Below, piece after piece: positions 18,928 to 29,200 of a DNA stretch of 64,000 nt. Where the stretch lies: NCBI GenBank assembly GCA_949373235.1, contig CASICQ010000004.1:63934-127933 (forward strand), written 5' to 3'. The DNA is from Candidatus Poseidoniaceae archaeon (GTDB lineage Archaea; Thermoplasmatota; Poseidoniia; Poseidoniales; Poseidoniaceae). The notes beneath the pieces are model-generated. The model saw nothing but the letters and a program-made list of their open reading frames with translations, was not told the DNA's origin and made no database searches. Position 1 is the first letter of the stretch. Each line of letters opens with the position of its first letter. The translations under genes were made by a program, and so were the position numbers.

Positions 18928-21737
18928 TCATCACCGCCCATATGTCGTTGTTCTTTTTTCAGCCAAGCCTTTCCGGCCAGCCCAAGTTCGGCAAGCTGCT
19001 CAGGATCGGGTTCGGTGGCCGTGCGCCAGCCTTCCACTTGATCTTCGAGTGGGATGTTCGGGTCAAAGCCAAACAAGACGCCGTTGACGTACTGACTGGT
19101 ATCTTCGCTGCGTTGTCGCGCTTGATCTCGCGTTTTGTGTTCTGCCGCTCGCTTGACCAAAACCGGTTGCAAGTCGCCGTGTGTGACTCGAGGTGATTCA
19201 AGATCCAGCGGATCGTCAACATCAGCAGCCTTCATGGCTTTCTCGATGCCTTTGAACACGACATCTGGCGTGAGCGGGAGGTCGCGCAGACGAATGCCGA
19301 TGGCGTCGTAGACCGCATTGACCACAGCAGGCAGAATTGGAAGAAGTGGCCCCTCACCTGCTTCCTTGGCACCAAAAGGCCCCTCAGGATCGCAAGATTC
19401 GACGATAATTGGAACCACATGCGGCATTTCATGCACGGATGGGATTTTGTATTCCAAGAGGTTTGGATTTTGCAAATGTCCGGTGCGGCCATAGACCATT
19501 TTCTCAGAGAGAACTTGGCCCAACCCCATGTGGCATGAGCCGATGATTTGACCTTTGACTGCAAGCGGATTGAGGGCTTTTCCACAATCGTGAGCGGCCC
19601 AAACCTTGGTGCACTTGATGATGCCAGTTTCCACATCGACATCAACTTCTGCAACATAAGCGGAGAAGGAGTATGCGGGAGCCAAGCCTGCTGCTGCGCC
19701 TTTGTGAACGCCACCCATTGGGGGGGAACGGTAGGCACCGCTTGCGATGAGTGCACCCTTGTCTTCCTGTGCCTTGTGCAAGGCTTTCAGGTAAGAAACA
19801 CCAATTGCAGGGTCGTGCTTGTAGTAGATCCGGCGATCATTGAGCACCAAATTGTTCGGGTGGTAGCCAAGGATTTCCCAGGCAGCAGCGAGTATTTGTT
19901 CGCGGATTTCAAGCGCTGCGCGGATGGCTGCGTTTGCGTTCATGAACGTAACCCTGCTCGAATAGGAACCCAAATCCACGGGCGAAGTATCGCTTTCATG
20001 GCTTCGAACATGAATCATTTCAAGCGGCAACGCAAGCACTTCGGAAACGACCTGGGCAACAGCGGTTGTCGAACCTTGCCCGATGTCTGCAGCGCCTGTG
20101 TGAACGGTGACGCCTCCATCCATGTCCACTTGGATGTGGACCGTTGCGTGAGGGAATCGGTTTGGATCCCAATGGATTGGCAATCCAGAACCTGAGATGA
20201 AGAAACCACATCCAATGCCAAGACCCTTTCCAAGCGGCATTTGACGGAACTTACTGTCCCAATCTGAGCCTTCTCGTACTTTTTCAAGGGCTTCGCGCAT
20301 TCCATTTGAAGTGATTCGGAAGCCGCTGATGGTTCGGCTGTGAGGGGGCAAGAGGTTGGCCAGGCGAAGATCGATTGGATCGACCTTCATCTGTTCGGAC
20401 ATTTCATCCAAACCAACTTCAACCGCACATCGAGTGTTCACGGCACCGTGGCCTCGCATTGCACCGGATGCTGGTTTGTTGGTCCAAACGCGGGCGCCTG
20501 TGTAATGGAACGAGCCCAATTCGTAAGGCGCTGTAGCGAGCACGCCGTTGTAATAGGAAGTGACGTGTCCAAATGAAGCAAAACCTCCGCCGTCGATGAG
20601 AGCATCGATGTCAAACCCGGATATACGAGCGTCTTCATCCGCCGTCATCTTGACTTCGATGTGACTCGGGTGCCGCCCACGGTTGATCCAGTACACTTCT
20701 TCTCGGTCAAAGGTAATGCGAACAGGTCGGCCTGATTTACGAGCGAGGATGGCTGCGCACATCTCGTGTGGGAAAGGATCTGATTTTCCACCAAAACCGC
20801 CACCGACAAAGGTTCGAATGACGTTGATTTGGTGCATTGGCACATCCAAGACCGTAGCGAGGGCCCTGTGAGTGTAATGAGGGACCTGCTGGGGCGTGTA
20901 GAGTTGCAACCTGCCGTTTGGATCCCAATGGGCAACAACGGCGTGAGGCTCAGTGAACCCGTGATGAACACCAGCCATTTTCCACTTGCCATGGGAAGAA
21001 GCAAGCGGCTTTTCAACAAGCGAGCGGTCTCCGAATTCTTGGAACACTCGCTTTTGAACGTTGGTTCGAGCCAAATGGTACTTGCCTCGCCAGTGAATTG
21101 GTTCATCAGCGTCTTCCAAACCTTTCTTCGGATCGAACACTGGTTCCAACACTTCGTATTCGACTTCAAACAGGTTGAGTGCTTCCATCGCCGTGGCTTC
21201 GTCAACCGCAGCCACACATGCGACAAGATCTCCGACGTGCCTTACCTTTTCAACGGCCATAGCGTGTTCGTCTTTGGTCACAGGAAGCACACCGAATTGG
21301 TGGGGTGAATCTGCGCCAGTTGCGACGGCTAAAACGCCGGGAAGGGCTTCGACTTTGGAGGTGTCAATCGATTTTATCTTCGCGTAATGATGGGGCGAGC
21401 GGAGGATTTTGCCGATCACTTCGTTGGCCAAACGTACGTCATCGCCGTACCAAGCTTGGCCTGTTACTTTCGCGTTGGAATCGACGAGCGCGGTCGGCTT
21501 GCCAACAGAGGTGCCGGTCCGAGCACGATCGTGCACGTGAGCGCCTGCTGGTTGGGCTTCTTTGCCGCCCACCATCTCAGGGATAAAATCGAGATCCCTC
21601 GGCGCCATGGTTGGGTTGGAACCACCCGAGCCAGGAGGGGGGAATGCTTGCTTTCCAGCGACGCGCTTGCCGTCTTTTCGTGTTGTTTTCCCGGCTCCAC
21701 CGGGTTGCTGACGGTATCCTCCTGACATCACAATCAT
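18924..21737 (-). CDS. hcrA: Molybdopterin-binding large subunit of XDH family, HcrA-like
   Basis: QVPHY, FVGGGFGGK, GAMRGHG, GAADIGQGS, GSYSSRVT, GAKEAGEG. Confidence 0.8.
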   Translation of the reverse strand: MIVMSGGYRQQPGGAGKTTRKDGKRVAGKQAFPPPGSGGSNPTMAPRDLDFIPEMVGGKEAQPAGAHVHDRARTGTSVGKPTALVDSNAKVTGQAWYGDDVRLANEVIGKILRSPHHYAKIKSIDTSKVEALPGVLAVATGADSPHQFGVLPVTKDEHAMAVEKVRHVGDLVACVAAVDEATAMEALNLFEVEYEVLEPVFDPKKGLEDADEPIHWRGKYHLARTNVQKRVFQEFGDRSLVEKPLASSHGKWKMAGVHHGFTEPHAVVAHWDPNGRLQLYTPQQVPHYTHRALATVLDVPMHQINVIRTFVGGGFGGKSDPFPHEMCAAILARKSGRPVRITFDREEVYWINRGRHPSHIEVKMTADEDARISGFDIDALIDGGGFASFGHVTSYYNGVLATAPYELGSFHYTGARVWTNKPASGAMRGHGAVNTRCAVEVGLDEMSEQMKVDPIDLRLANLLPPHSRTISGFRITSNGMREALEKVREGSDWDSKFRQMPLGKGLGIGCGFFISGSGLPIHWDPNRFPHATVHIQVDMDGGVTVHTGAADIGQGSTTAVAQVVSEVLALPLEMIHVRSHESDTSPVDLGSYSSRVTFMNANAAIRAALEIREQILAAAWEILGYHPNNLVLNDRRIYYKHDPAIGVSYLKALHKAQEDKGALIASGAYRSPPMGGVHKGAAAGLAPAYSFSAYVAEVDVDVETGIIKCTKVWAAHDCGKALNPLAVKGQIIGSCHMGLGQVLSEKMVYGRTGHLQNPNLLEYKIPSVHEMPHVVPIIVESCDPEGPFGAKEAGEGPLLPILPAVVNAVYDAIGIRLRDLPLTPDVVFKGIEKAMKAADVDDPLDLESPRVTHGDLQPVLVKRAAEHKTRDQARQRSEDTSQYVNGVLFGFDPNIPLEDQVEGWRTATEPDPEQLAELGLAGKAWLKKEQRHMGGDE

Positions 21738-22336
21738 CTCGCGTGGCCCGGCGGCATCTGAGGTTCTTCTGGCCCACTGGGATGTGGGTCAGGGTGAGGG
21801 TTGCTTGCGGGTGCGGCGGGTTCGACTTCGCCACGATGAATAGCGGCTGCGGCTTGAATGGATTCAACAATTTGTTGGTAACCAGTGCAACGGCAAAGGT
21901 TGCCTTCAATCGCCTGAGCCACTTCTTGGTCGCTAGGAGCGTTGTTTTCATTGAGCAGCGCTTGGGCGGTGATGAGGAAACCAGGGGTGCAGAATCCACA
22001 TTGGGAGCCACCATGTTCGGCGAAGCAGGATTGGATCGGAGCAAGATGCGCGCCGTCAGCCAATCCTTCGACGGTCACGATGGAGGTGCCTTCCACTTGC
22101 CCTGCCAAACACAGGCAAGAGATGCGGGGGGTGCCGTCGATCATCACGGTGCAGCAGCCACAGGTTCCAAGGTCGCAGCCTCGTTTCACACCCAGTGTTC
22201 CCACTTTGTCGCGCAGAACATCGAGGAGAATTGCGTTCGAAGGAGCCAGAACTTCAACCGGCCTTCCGTTGACTTCTGCGGACCAGATTTCCTTCTTTGC
22301 GACGGGTATCATTTCAACGTGTTCGGTGCCTACCAT
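21734..22336 (-). CDS. hcrC: 2x[2Fe-2S] small subunit (HcrC/CoxS/XdhA-like)
   Basis: GVKRGCDLGTCGCCTV, SQCGFCTPG, GNLCRCTGY. Confidence 0.88.
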   Translation of the reverse strand: MVGTEHVEMIPVAKKEIWSAEVNGRPVEVLAPSNAILLDVLRDKVGTLGVKRGCDLGTCGCCTVMIDGTPRISCLCLAGQVEGTSIVTVEGLADGAHLAPIQSCFAEHGGSQCGFCTPGFLITAQALLNENNAPSDQEVAQAIEGNLCRCTGYQQIVESIQAAAAIHRGEVEPAAPASNPHPDPHPSGPEEPQMPPGHAR

Positions 22337-22398
22337 GTCTGTCGCCTACGGCGACGTGGGGAGCACCGCATATCAACCTAAGGTAGGATATTTTTCGC

Positions 22399-24000
22399 TC
22401 ATGTTGTCATGCTCGCCCGAGGGCGCACCGACACAACATCATCTTGGCCCGCCGGAGGGTCAATCCAATCTTCATCGCCGGGCAAAACTAAACCCTCTCC
22501 AACGCCAACAAGCCGACCGGCTAAGTTGCGTTGAGTGATCACCAGTTGGTCCCAATCGACCTCTTCATCGCGCCATGATTGCCAGCGCTTGAGCGATCGG
22601 TAATTCACCACGACCTTGGAAAACAGGCGCATGTGTGCTTTGGCGGAGAGGGGCCACCACAAGAAAAACACGCAGAACACGAGGTAGTAAGGCAGGTTCG
22701 CCAGCGGTTCCAGAATCCAATGCATTTGGAGCAACTCGTTGATTGGACTGGCTGAATTCAACAGCAGCCAAGTTGCACCTGCAGATGCAACAATCCACCA
22801 CAGCGGGAAAAACACAAGCGCTGTGAGCACCTTGATGGTGCTAATGATGGACCCGTCCGCTCCTTTCGCCTTCATCCGATTGACCAGCAACGCATTGGCT
22901 TTGTAGGGCACGATGTTGCCGAGCATAGCGCCCCATGAGATCAGGCCAAACATCCAAGCCCCAGCCCAAGCCCAAGACAAGAAAACCTTGAAGAAACCTG
23001 AGGCTGAGAGCCGCTCTGGTTTCGAATCCACATCAAAAGGCGTGATGCCACGGTGGTCCAAGGCTTTGAAGTGAGACTCGGCTTCTTCAACAATAGAAGC
23101 AGCTGTATCAGGCTGGTTTGCCGCCATGTAATCCCACCCTGCTCGAACCCTTCGGGCTCCAAGGACGGCATGGGCATAACTCGGCTTGGTGAGCTTGTCT
23201 TTGGATTGGCGCGCTCGTTCAGCATAAGCCAAACTCCGCCCTTTCCAAATGAGGGTGCGCTCTCGCCAAGTCGTTTTCGAGAGGCTTGCTCGCTTCAGTT
23301 CGACGCTGATGGCGTCTGTAACGCCTTTAACCCAGGCTCGGTCGTTTTGATCTTGAACGGTTTCATCCTCAATCAATTCTGGGATGGGAGGGAACTCCAT
23401 AGCCCGTTCGATGATGACTGCAGCGCGTTCCCTAAACCGCTGAGAGTTCGAGTAATGTAGGCCGATTGGAACCAACTGAGGCTCGTTAAATCCTTCGCTT
23501 TTGGCTTGCCTACGCGCCGCCAAAAGGATTCGCCCCGCCCCTGATCGCACGCGTTTTACGTCCGAGTCAGTGTGCGTGGTGCCTTCCGGGAAAATCATCA
23601 AGCGTCCACCCTTGGCGACAACGGAAGAAACACCAGCCAGCATGTTTGAGTTGCGCTCACTTGCACCTGCTTTGTCACCGCTGTCTTGGGACCGTTCCAC
23701 CGGCACGCCACCCGCAGCGCGAAGCAAGCGGCCAATCAGAGGCAACTTGAACAGCGTGTGTTTGGCAATAATGGAAATTCGACCCGGGAGTGAAGCGTTC
23801 ATCAGCATGGGGTCAATCAACCCACTGGGATGCCAAGCGATGAAAATGATTCCACCCTCTGGAGGTAAGTTCTCGTCGTCAACGATGTTGATTTCTCGGA
23901 ACCAAACTGATGTGAGTGAGCGGAAAAAACGGCGCGCTATCCGATAGGCTCGTGGAACGCGCTGGTGATGTTCACCAACAGGGTCTTTCAGCCACCGCAT
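22399..24000 (-). CDS. Bacterial-type glycerolipid (PlsC-like) acyltransferase with C-terminal TMs
   Basis: WHPSGLIDP (block I), IIAKHTLF, GGVPVERSQD, IFPEGT, LVPIGLHY. Confidence 0.85.
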   Translation of the reverse strand: MRWLKDPVGEHHQRVPRAYRIARRFFRSLTSVWFREINIVDDENLPPEGGIIFIAWHPSGLIDPMLMNASLPGRISIIAKHTLFKLPLIGRLLRAAGGVPVERSQDSGDKAGASERNSNMLAGVSSVVAKGGRLMIFPEGTTHTDSDVKRVRSGAGRILLAARRQAKSEGFNEPQLVPIGLHYSNSQRFRERAAVIIERAMEFPPIPELIEDETVQDQNDRAWVKGVTDAISVELKRASLSKTTWRERTLIWKGRSLAYAERARQSKDKLTKPSYAHAVLGARRVRAGWDYMAANQPDTAASIVEEAESHFKALDHRGITPFDVDSKPERLSASGFFKVFLSWAWAGAWMFGLISWGAMLGNIVPYKANALLVNRMKAKGADGSIISTIKVLTALVFFPLWWIVASAGATWLLLNSASPINELLQMHWILEPLANLPYYLVFCVFFLWWPLSAKAHMRLFSKVVVNYRSLKRWQSWRDEEVDWDQLVITQRNLAGRLVGVGEGLVLPGDEDWIDPPAGQDDVVSVRPRASMTT

Positions 24001-24075
24001 ACCGCGATGAATCGGTTGTTGCTTTTATCATCATCTCCGGCGCGAAGGCCGTGGTGTGTGGAATCGAAGATGGCC

Positions 24076-26076
24076 CTATTCTTCTTTTGAGACCAATTCT
24101 GCTTCGAGGGATTGAGATGTTGCAGCTTGTGAATCTTCTTTCAGCGTGGTGAAATCAATGCCTGCCAAAGTGCCTTCTTCCTTGTCGCTGATAGCGCCGG
24201 TGACCATGAGGACCACGAAGAAGAGGGCAAAGAATCCAAGCAAGCCCAGCGCGAGCATGGTTGTTGAGATGCCCGAGGATGCTTCCTCTTGGGCTTCAAA
24301 TGCACTTGCTGTGTCCATGAGCATGATGTTAGCAGAGATCAGAGGTGAGGATGCGTGCCCTCCGCTGTCATTTGCTTTGATGCCACGGAAAGAGATTGTA
24401 TGGTTGCCTTCGACGTCAATTCCCGGCAAATGCTCGAGTTGGTGAATAATGTCGATGGCCGCCAAAGTACCAGAAGTGTCGCCAGGGGAGAAACTGTGGA
24501 TGTTCGACCAATCGTCACGCAGGTGATTGCTTCGCCATTGAATGGTGTCCACATCGCCAAGAGCGGAATAGGAGAGGGCGTCACTTGGGAACATGTGGAA
24601 GCGGCTGTCCATTCCGGTTTCAGCAGTAATTGATACGTCGAGGGATGTATCGAATTCATAATCACGTTCTGCTGCTTCATAGACCGCCTCGAGTGCTCGA
24701 ACTTCGCCGTGACCATAGACGTTGTTTTGACGGTTCTTGGGAAGGAGGTCTTCCGCACAAGGCTCGTTTGCAGCCATGTAAACGCACAACCGGTAGGTGG
24801 ACGTTTCCTGCATGATGTTCTTGATGTCAAACGGTGACAAGTCAGGGTTGGCTTGATACATCAACGCTGCAACCCCAGCAGCCCCGGGGGTGGCCATTGA
24901 AGTCCCTGACATGGCCGTGTATTGATCGCCAGAGTTGAAGGCGACCGACATGACGTTGCTGCCCACATAAGCGATGTTCGGCTTCACTCGTAGTTCTTCA
25001 GTAGGACCTTGACTGGAATAGACAGCGATGGCTGAATTTTTGTCAAGGGCACCGACGGTGATGGCGTCCTCTGCAGATCCGGGTGTTCCGATTTGGGCCG
25101 AAACGCCGTTGTTACCTGCTGCGATAAAGATGGCAATACCCGCCGACATCATTTCATTGGCATAGCGGTTGACGCTGTCGTCTTCTGAAGAAGCCCATTC
25201 TGCAAGACCTGGGCCCCCAAGGCTCATCGATGCGCCGCGGATGTTGTACCTGTAGCGGTTCTCAACGGTCCATTCCATACCTGCCATCACTGTTGCAAAG
25301 GAACCCGAACCACCTGCATCAAGCACCTTCACGCCAACAAGGAAGGCTTGTGGCGCCATCCCAATGTGCTCATAATTTGGCGCACCTGTTCCGGCGGTCG
25401 TCCCCGCACAATGCGAGCCGTGTCCTTGATCGTCGTAAGGGAACACTTCAGTGCCGTTGGTGAGCGTTGGGTTGTTGACGGGGTCGTAGAAGGCAATGAC
25501 CTTTGGATCGTCTGTTGAATTGTCGTCATCGAGGTCATCAAGACTGGCGTGTGCACCATCAATACCAGTATCGATGATAGCAACGGCCGAACCGGCACCA
25601 TCGTACCCTGTATCTGCCCAAACCGTATCAACGCCATGAAGGACTGCGGCATCACCGTTGGCGGTGGTTAAAATGCCATCCAGTTCAAGCATCACGACGC
25701 CAGGAAGGGCCGTTGCATCGAGGATGCGGTCGACTGGCACTCGGCCAGCGAGGGCGTCAATCCCTTCCAATGTCCATTGGTGTTGGAAGTCGATTTCCCG
25801 TTCAAGCAGAGCAACCTCTGTTTCACCTGGCGTGTGATCGAAGTCGATGATAAGGGGAAGGGTGCCATCTTCGCTCAAAAAGATAGGATTGTCTTTGTGG
25901 AATTCAACCATGTCTCCGATTCCGTTTCCGTCTCGGTCCACGGTGGTTTCGACCCACCAACCTTGTTCTTCTGGTTCGCTCAGAGGGTCTGCTTCAACTG
26001 GCACAGCCATAGCCAAAGCAGGAAGGAGCAGCAAGCTCAAACAGAGCACAGATAGAGTGGATTGAACCTTGGACAT
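24076..26076 (-). CDS. S8 subtilisin-like serine protease, membrane anchored
   Basis: Signal peptide, AIIDTG, GHGSHCAG, AAGN, SGTSMATP; C-terminal TM (ORF track start 26118). Confidence 0.95.
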   Translation of the reverse strand: MSKVQSTLSVLCLSLLLLPALAMAVPVEADPLSEPEEQGWWVETTVDRDGNGIGDMVEFHKDNPIFLSEDGTLPLIIDFDHTPGETEVALLEREIDFQHQWTLEGIDALAGRVPVDRILDATALPGVVMLELDGILTTANGDAAVLHGVDTVWADTGYDGAGSAVAIIDTGIDGAHASLDDLDDDNSTDDPKVIAFYDPVNNPTLTNGTEVFPYDDQGHGSHCAGTTAGTGAPNYEHIGMAPQAFLVGVKVLDAGGSGSFATVMAGMEWTVENRYRYNIRGASMSLGGPGLAEWASSEDDSVNRYANEMMSAGIAIFIAAGNNGVSAQIGTPGSAEDAITVGALDKNSAIAVYSSQGPTEELRVKPNIAYVGSNVMSVAFNSGDQYTAMSGTSMATPGAAGVAALMYQANPDLSPFDIKNIMQETSTYRLCVYMAANEPCAEDLLPKNRQNNVYGHGEVRALEAVYEAAERDYEFDTSLDVSITAETGMDSRFHMFPSDALSYSALGDVDTIQWRSNHLRDDWSNIHSFSPGDTSGTLAAIDIIHQLEHLPGIDVEGNHTISFRGIKANDSGGHASSPLISANIMLMDTASAFEAQEEASSGISTTMLALGLLGFFALFFVVLMVTGAISDKEEGTLAGIDFTTLKEDSQAATSQSLEAELVSKEE

Positions 26077-26235
26077 AGCGACGCCTCGATGTGAGACCAC
26101 AGCGGGGTACTTTTTCAACCCATTGAGGAAATGACTGAATCAACGTCCACCATCTTCGCCCTTTGTAAAAAGGGTAAGGCTGGGCCAATAAACGGGTCAA
26201 CGCTTTTATCGAAAGAGGACTGGATTTCGTACTGT

Positions 26236-29200
26236 ATGGCGGCACCTCGACGAAACACCAACCCCATCCCTCAACCAACTCCCGGTTCAACAGCCGACGC
26301 TGGTACATCTTTGCTCCAACATGCACAACAGACTTCGCAGCCCATGCGCGTCAGAGCGCCGGGCACGGACATCGATGACTCCGAGCGATCACTTATTCGA
26401 TTCTCTCAAATTATTATGCTTGCAATCGCACTGGGCGCCATTTGGTTCAGTATTTACAACATCGCGTTCAGCGACGAAGGGACAAGCAACGCCGATTTCG
26501 CGGTTCTCTTTTTCGGAGGCATTCTATCGGCTGGTTTCGCCATTGGTTGGATTGAGGCTCAAAGTCGCTCAAACGGCCATCAACTCAGAGATGTCCAAGA
26601 TTACATGCTCGGGATTGGGTTCTTTTTCGCCACGGTTGGTACGGTATGGGGCGCACGGTTTGTCCTCGGTTTGTTTGAAGGGGGCACTGTTTTTGGTTCG
26701 CAATCTACAGAAGATGGATGGTATCCGAACGGAAATGGAATCTATGTTCAAACAGCGGCGATCCTCCTGCTGATGGTTGTACAGTACAAACTTTTGCAAC
26801 GGTACAAAGGCCAGACGAAGTTTGGCTGGGCAATCGCATCTTATGCACCAATGATCGTGTTGCTTGGCGCTGGAATGAACATTTGGCTCAAGTGGTCTGA
26901 AGACGTCGTTAGTTATGAAATCGGAATTTCTCTGATCGTTCTGAGCGTGGCTGCAATGGAAATGGCATTGCGTTCCAACAATTCGATCAACCTCACCGTC
27001 ATCGTCATCGCTTCAAGCATAGCGCCAATCTTGTTTGAGAGCGCTCATGATGTCGAAGCTGCCAAACAGGGTGGAGCTCTCTCTCTGCTTGTGTTCATCA
27101 TTGCCATACAAGGGTATTATGCTTCGAAAAAGGAATTGAGAACTGACATCATTCAACGGGCCTCCCTCGTGTTGATCGGCATCATTGTCCTCGCAATGCT
27201 TTTCGCCCGCTCCGATAACCTCTCTCTTATTCTTGGGCCCCTTACTCCAGACGCATTGGGTGGCTTAAGCCAGCACTTCACGCTCATTGTTGCCCTCTGG
27301 TTAGCTGTTCTTGGCTTCTACTTCCCAGCCATGCTTGACCAACGTCTCCCTTGGATCCCGATTGGCTTGGCCTTTGCTCTGATGATCATACCAACCGATG
27401 AAAGCACAGTACCGTGGTTGGTTACCGTCGCAATCCTCCCCTACATGTTGCTGGTTTCAACGGCTACACGGCTTTGGGTGGCAAATGGAACCATGGCGAT
27501 GGCAGCCGTATCTTACATTGTTGTGGACTTGGTGGCGAGCGCTCAAGACATCGCTCAAATTGACACCTATGGGACAGTTGGGTTGCACCTTGTAATCCCG
27601 ATCGCATTGATTGCTGTCTCTGAATTAGCCAATCGGCGTGGGAAAATCGACATTCAGATACACATGCTGGTCATCGGGTGCATTGCTCTATCCCGTGCGG
27701 TGCTGTTTGCCGAGGAATGGTACATGCCTTGGTTTTTCATCGTTTACTTGCTGTACCTTGCCCGCACGGGCTTGGATGGAATTGGAGAGGGTGCATCCCT
27801 TGAGCGTCGCTGGAAGGCAACGCTTGGCGTGTTGCTTGCGAATTCGGTTATGATTGCCTTGGTTGCCTTGGGCCGTTTGGAAGTCCCTGAACAATTGATC
27901 TTTGGAGGGTACAGTTTCCACGTATTCGCCGCAGGTGCAATCTCATACTTCCTATTGCTTTCTGGCCGCAACAAGGAATTCGACCTCGGCATGACTTTGG
28001 CTTGGTCCGGCAGCACCGCCAGCGGCGCTCCGAAGTACGACCCAGAGACGGAGACTTGGAAGGAAACTAAACTTGATGATGATGCAATGATCGAATGGAG
28101 CACCACACACAGTTGGAGCCCACTTGCTCGCAGTTCGTTGATCATCCCTTTCATCATGATGACGGCGGGTATTTTCATAGCAAATGGGATTGAATCAGAA
28201 GAACAGATTAGAGGTTTTGTTTCAAAACCGGTAGGCATTCTTCTTTTAGCCTTGCCAATTTCTTGCTTGGTTTGGGAAATTCTTGATTTGAAAACCATCA
28301 CCTCGAGATCAAGAGCGACCGCAGTGTGGATTCTTTTCGGCATGGGACTTGGACCTTCAGTTTTTATCAACCTCCTTCGCGAAGAAATGCTTGGTATGAG
28401 CCAGTACGCTGGCAAGTTCATTTTACCGGCTGCAATTCTGCTTGATCTCACCCTCTTAGCTGCGCCGCTTGTCGTTGCTTGGGCAATCGAACGCCGTGGG
28501 CTCGACAAAGCCGGCATCTCCGCTCCTGCGGATCTCGCCGCTATGATTGGGTTGATTGGTATCGCTTGCCTTGACACTACAGGTGGCTTACTGATGATCC
28601 CAATGCTGGCTCTCGTCACGTACCAATCGGTGCGATACGGCCACAGTTTGGCGTTGATTCTGGCACCCTTAGCATTGGTTCTCACCAACAACATCTGGTT
28701 GGATCTCCAAGGCTTTGGCTGGAAGTTGTCAGAGACCTTCCCCTCGTGGGGCCTTGATGAGCGGTCGATGTTCTACAGCCTTGGCCTTTCTCGGCTCAGC
28801 GGGGTCTTGGTCGTCTTGCAAATGTCTTACATTTTGATGGCTCAATTCTCAAAGAAGGAAAATAAGCACCAAAAGGCATTGCCTTGGCTGGGTGCCTGGG
28901 TCTGGATGGCCATTGGACTGATGGCTTGCTTCCCTGGCATGGACTGGTTCTTATGGATGCCATTGTTCTTCACCGGAGCCCTCATGCTCAACGCTTGGTT
29001 CAACGGCCAAGTCCAATACTTACCTGTGCTTGGATTTGCTCAGTTTATTTCCCTGATCATCGCTATTGGAGGCCAATCTTGGGGCAACAGTGAGTTGGAG
29101 ATTGTTTCTTGGGCGGCGTTGCTTACGGGCGCTACCGCTCTTGGGTTTTCTGTTTTGCACGAGAGTGACATTTTGTACAAGAATTTCAAGGAAGGCCAAA

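Noticed and set aside
18924-21737. Aerobic CO dehydrogenase large subunit (coxL)
   Set aside because: Lacks AYxCSFR (form I) and AYxGAGR (form II); has GAMRGHG and an HcrB-type FAD partner.
22341-22391. Small inverted repeats upstream of hcrC (GTCGCC-tac-GGCGAC; ATATC...GATAT)
   Set aside because: Too short or imperfect to separate from chance without orthologue comparison.
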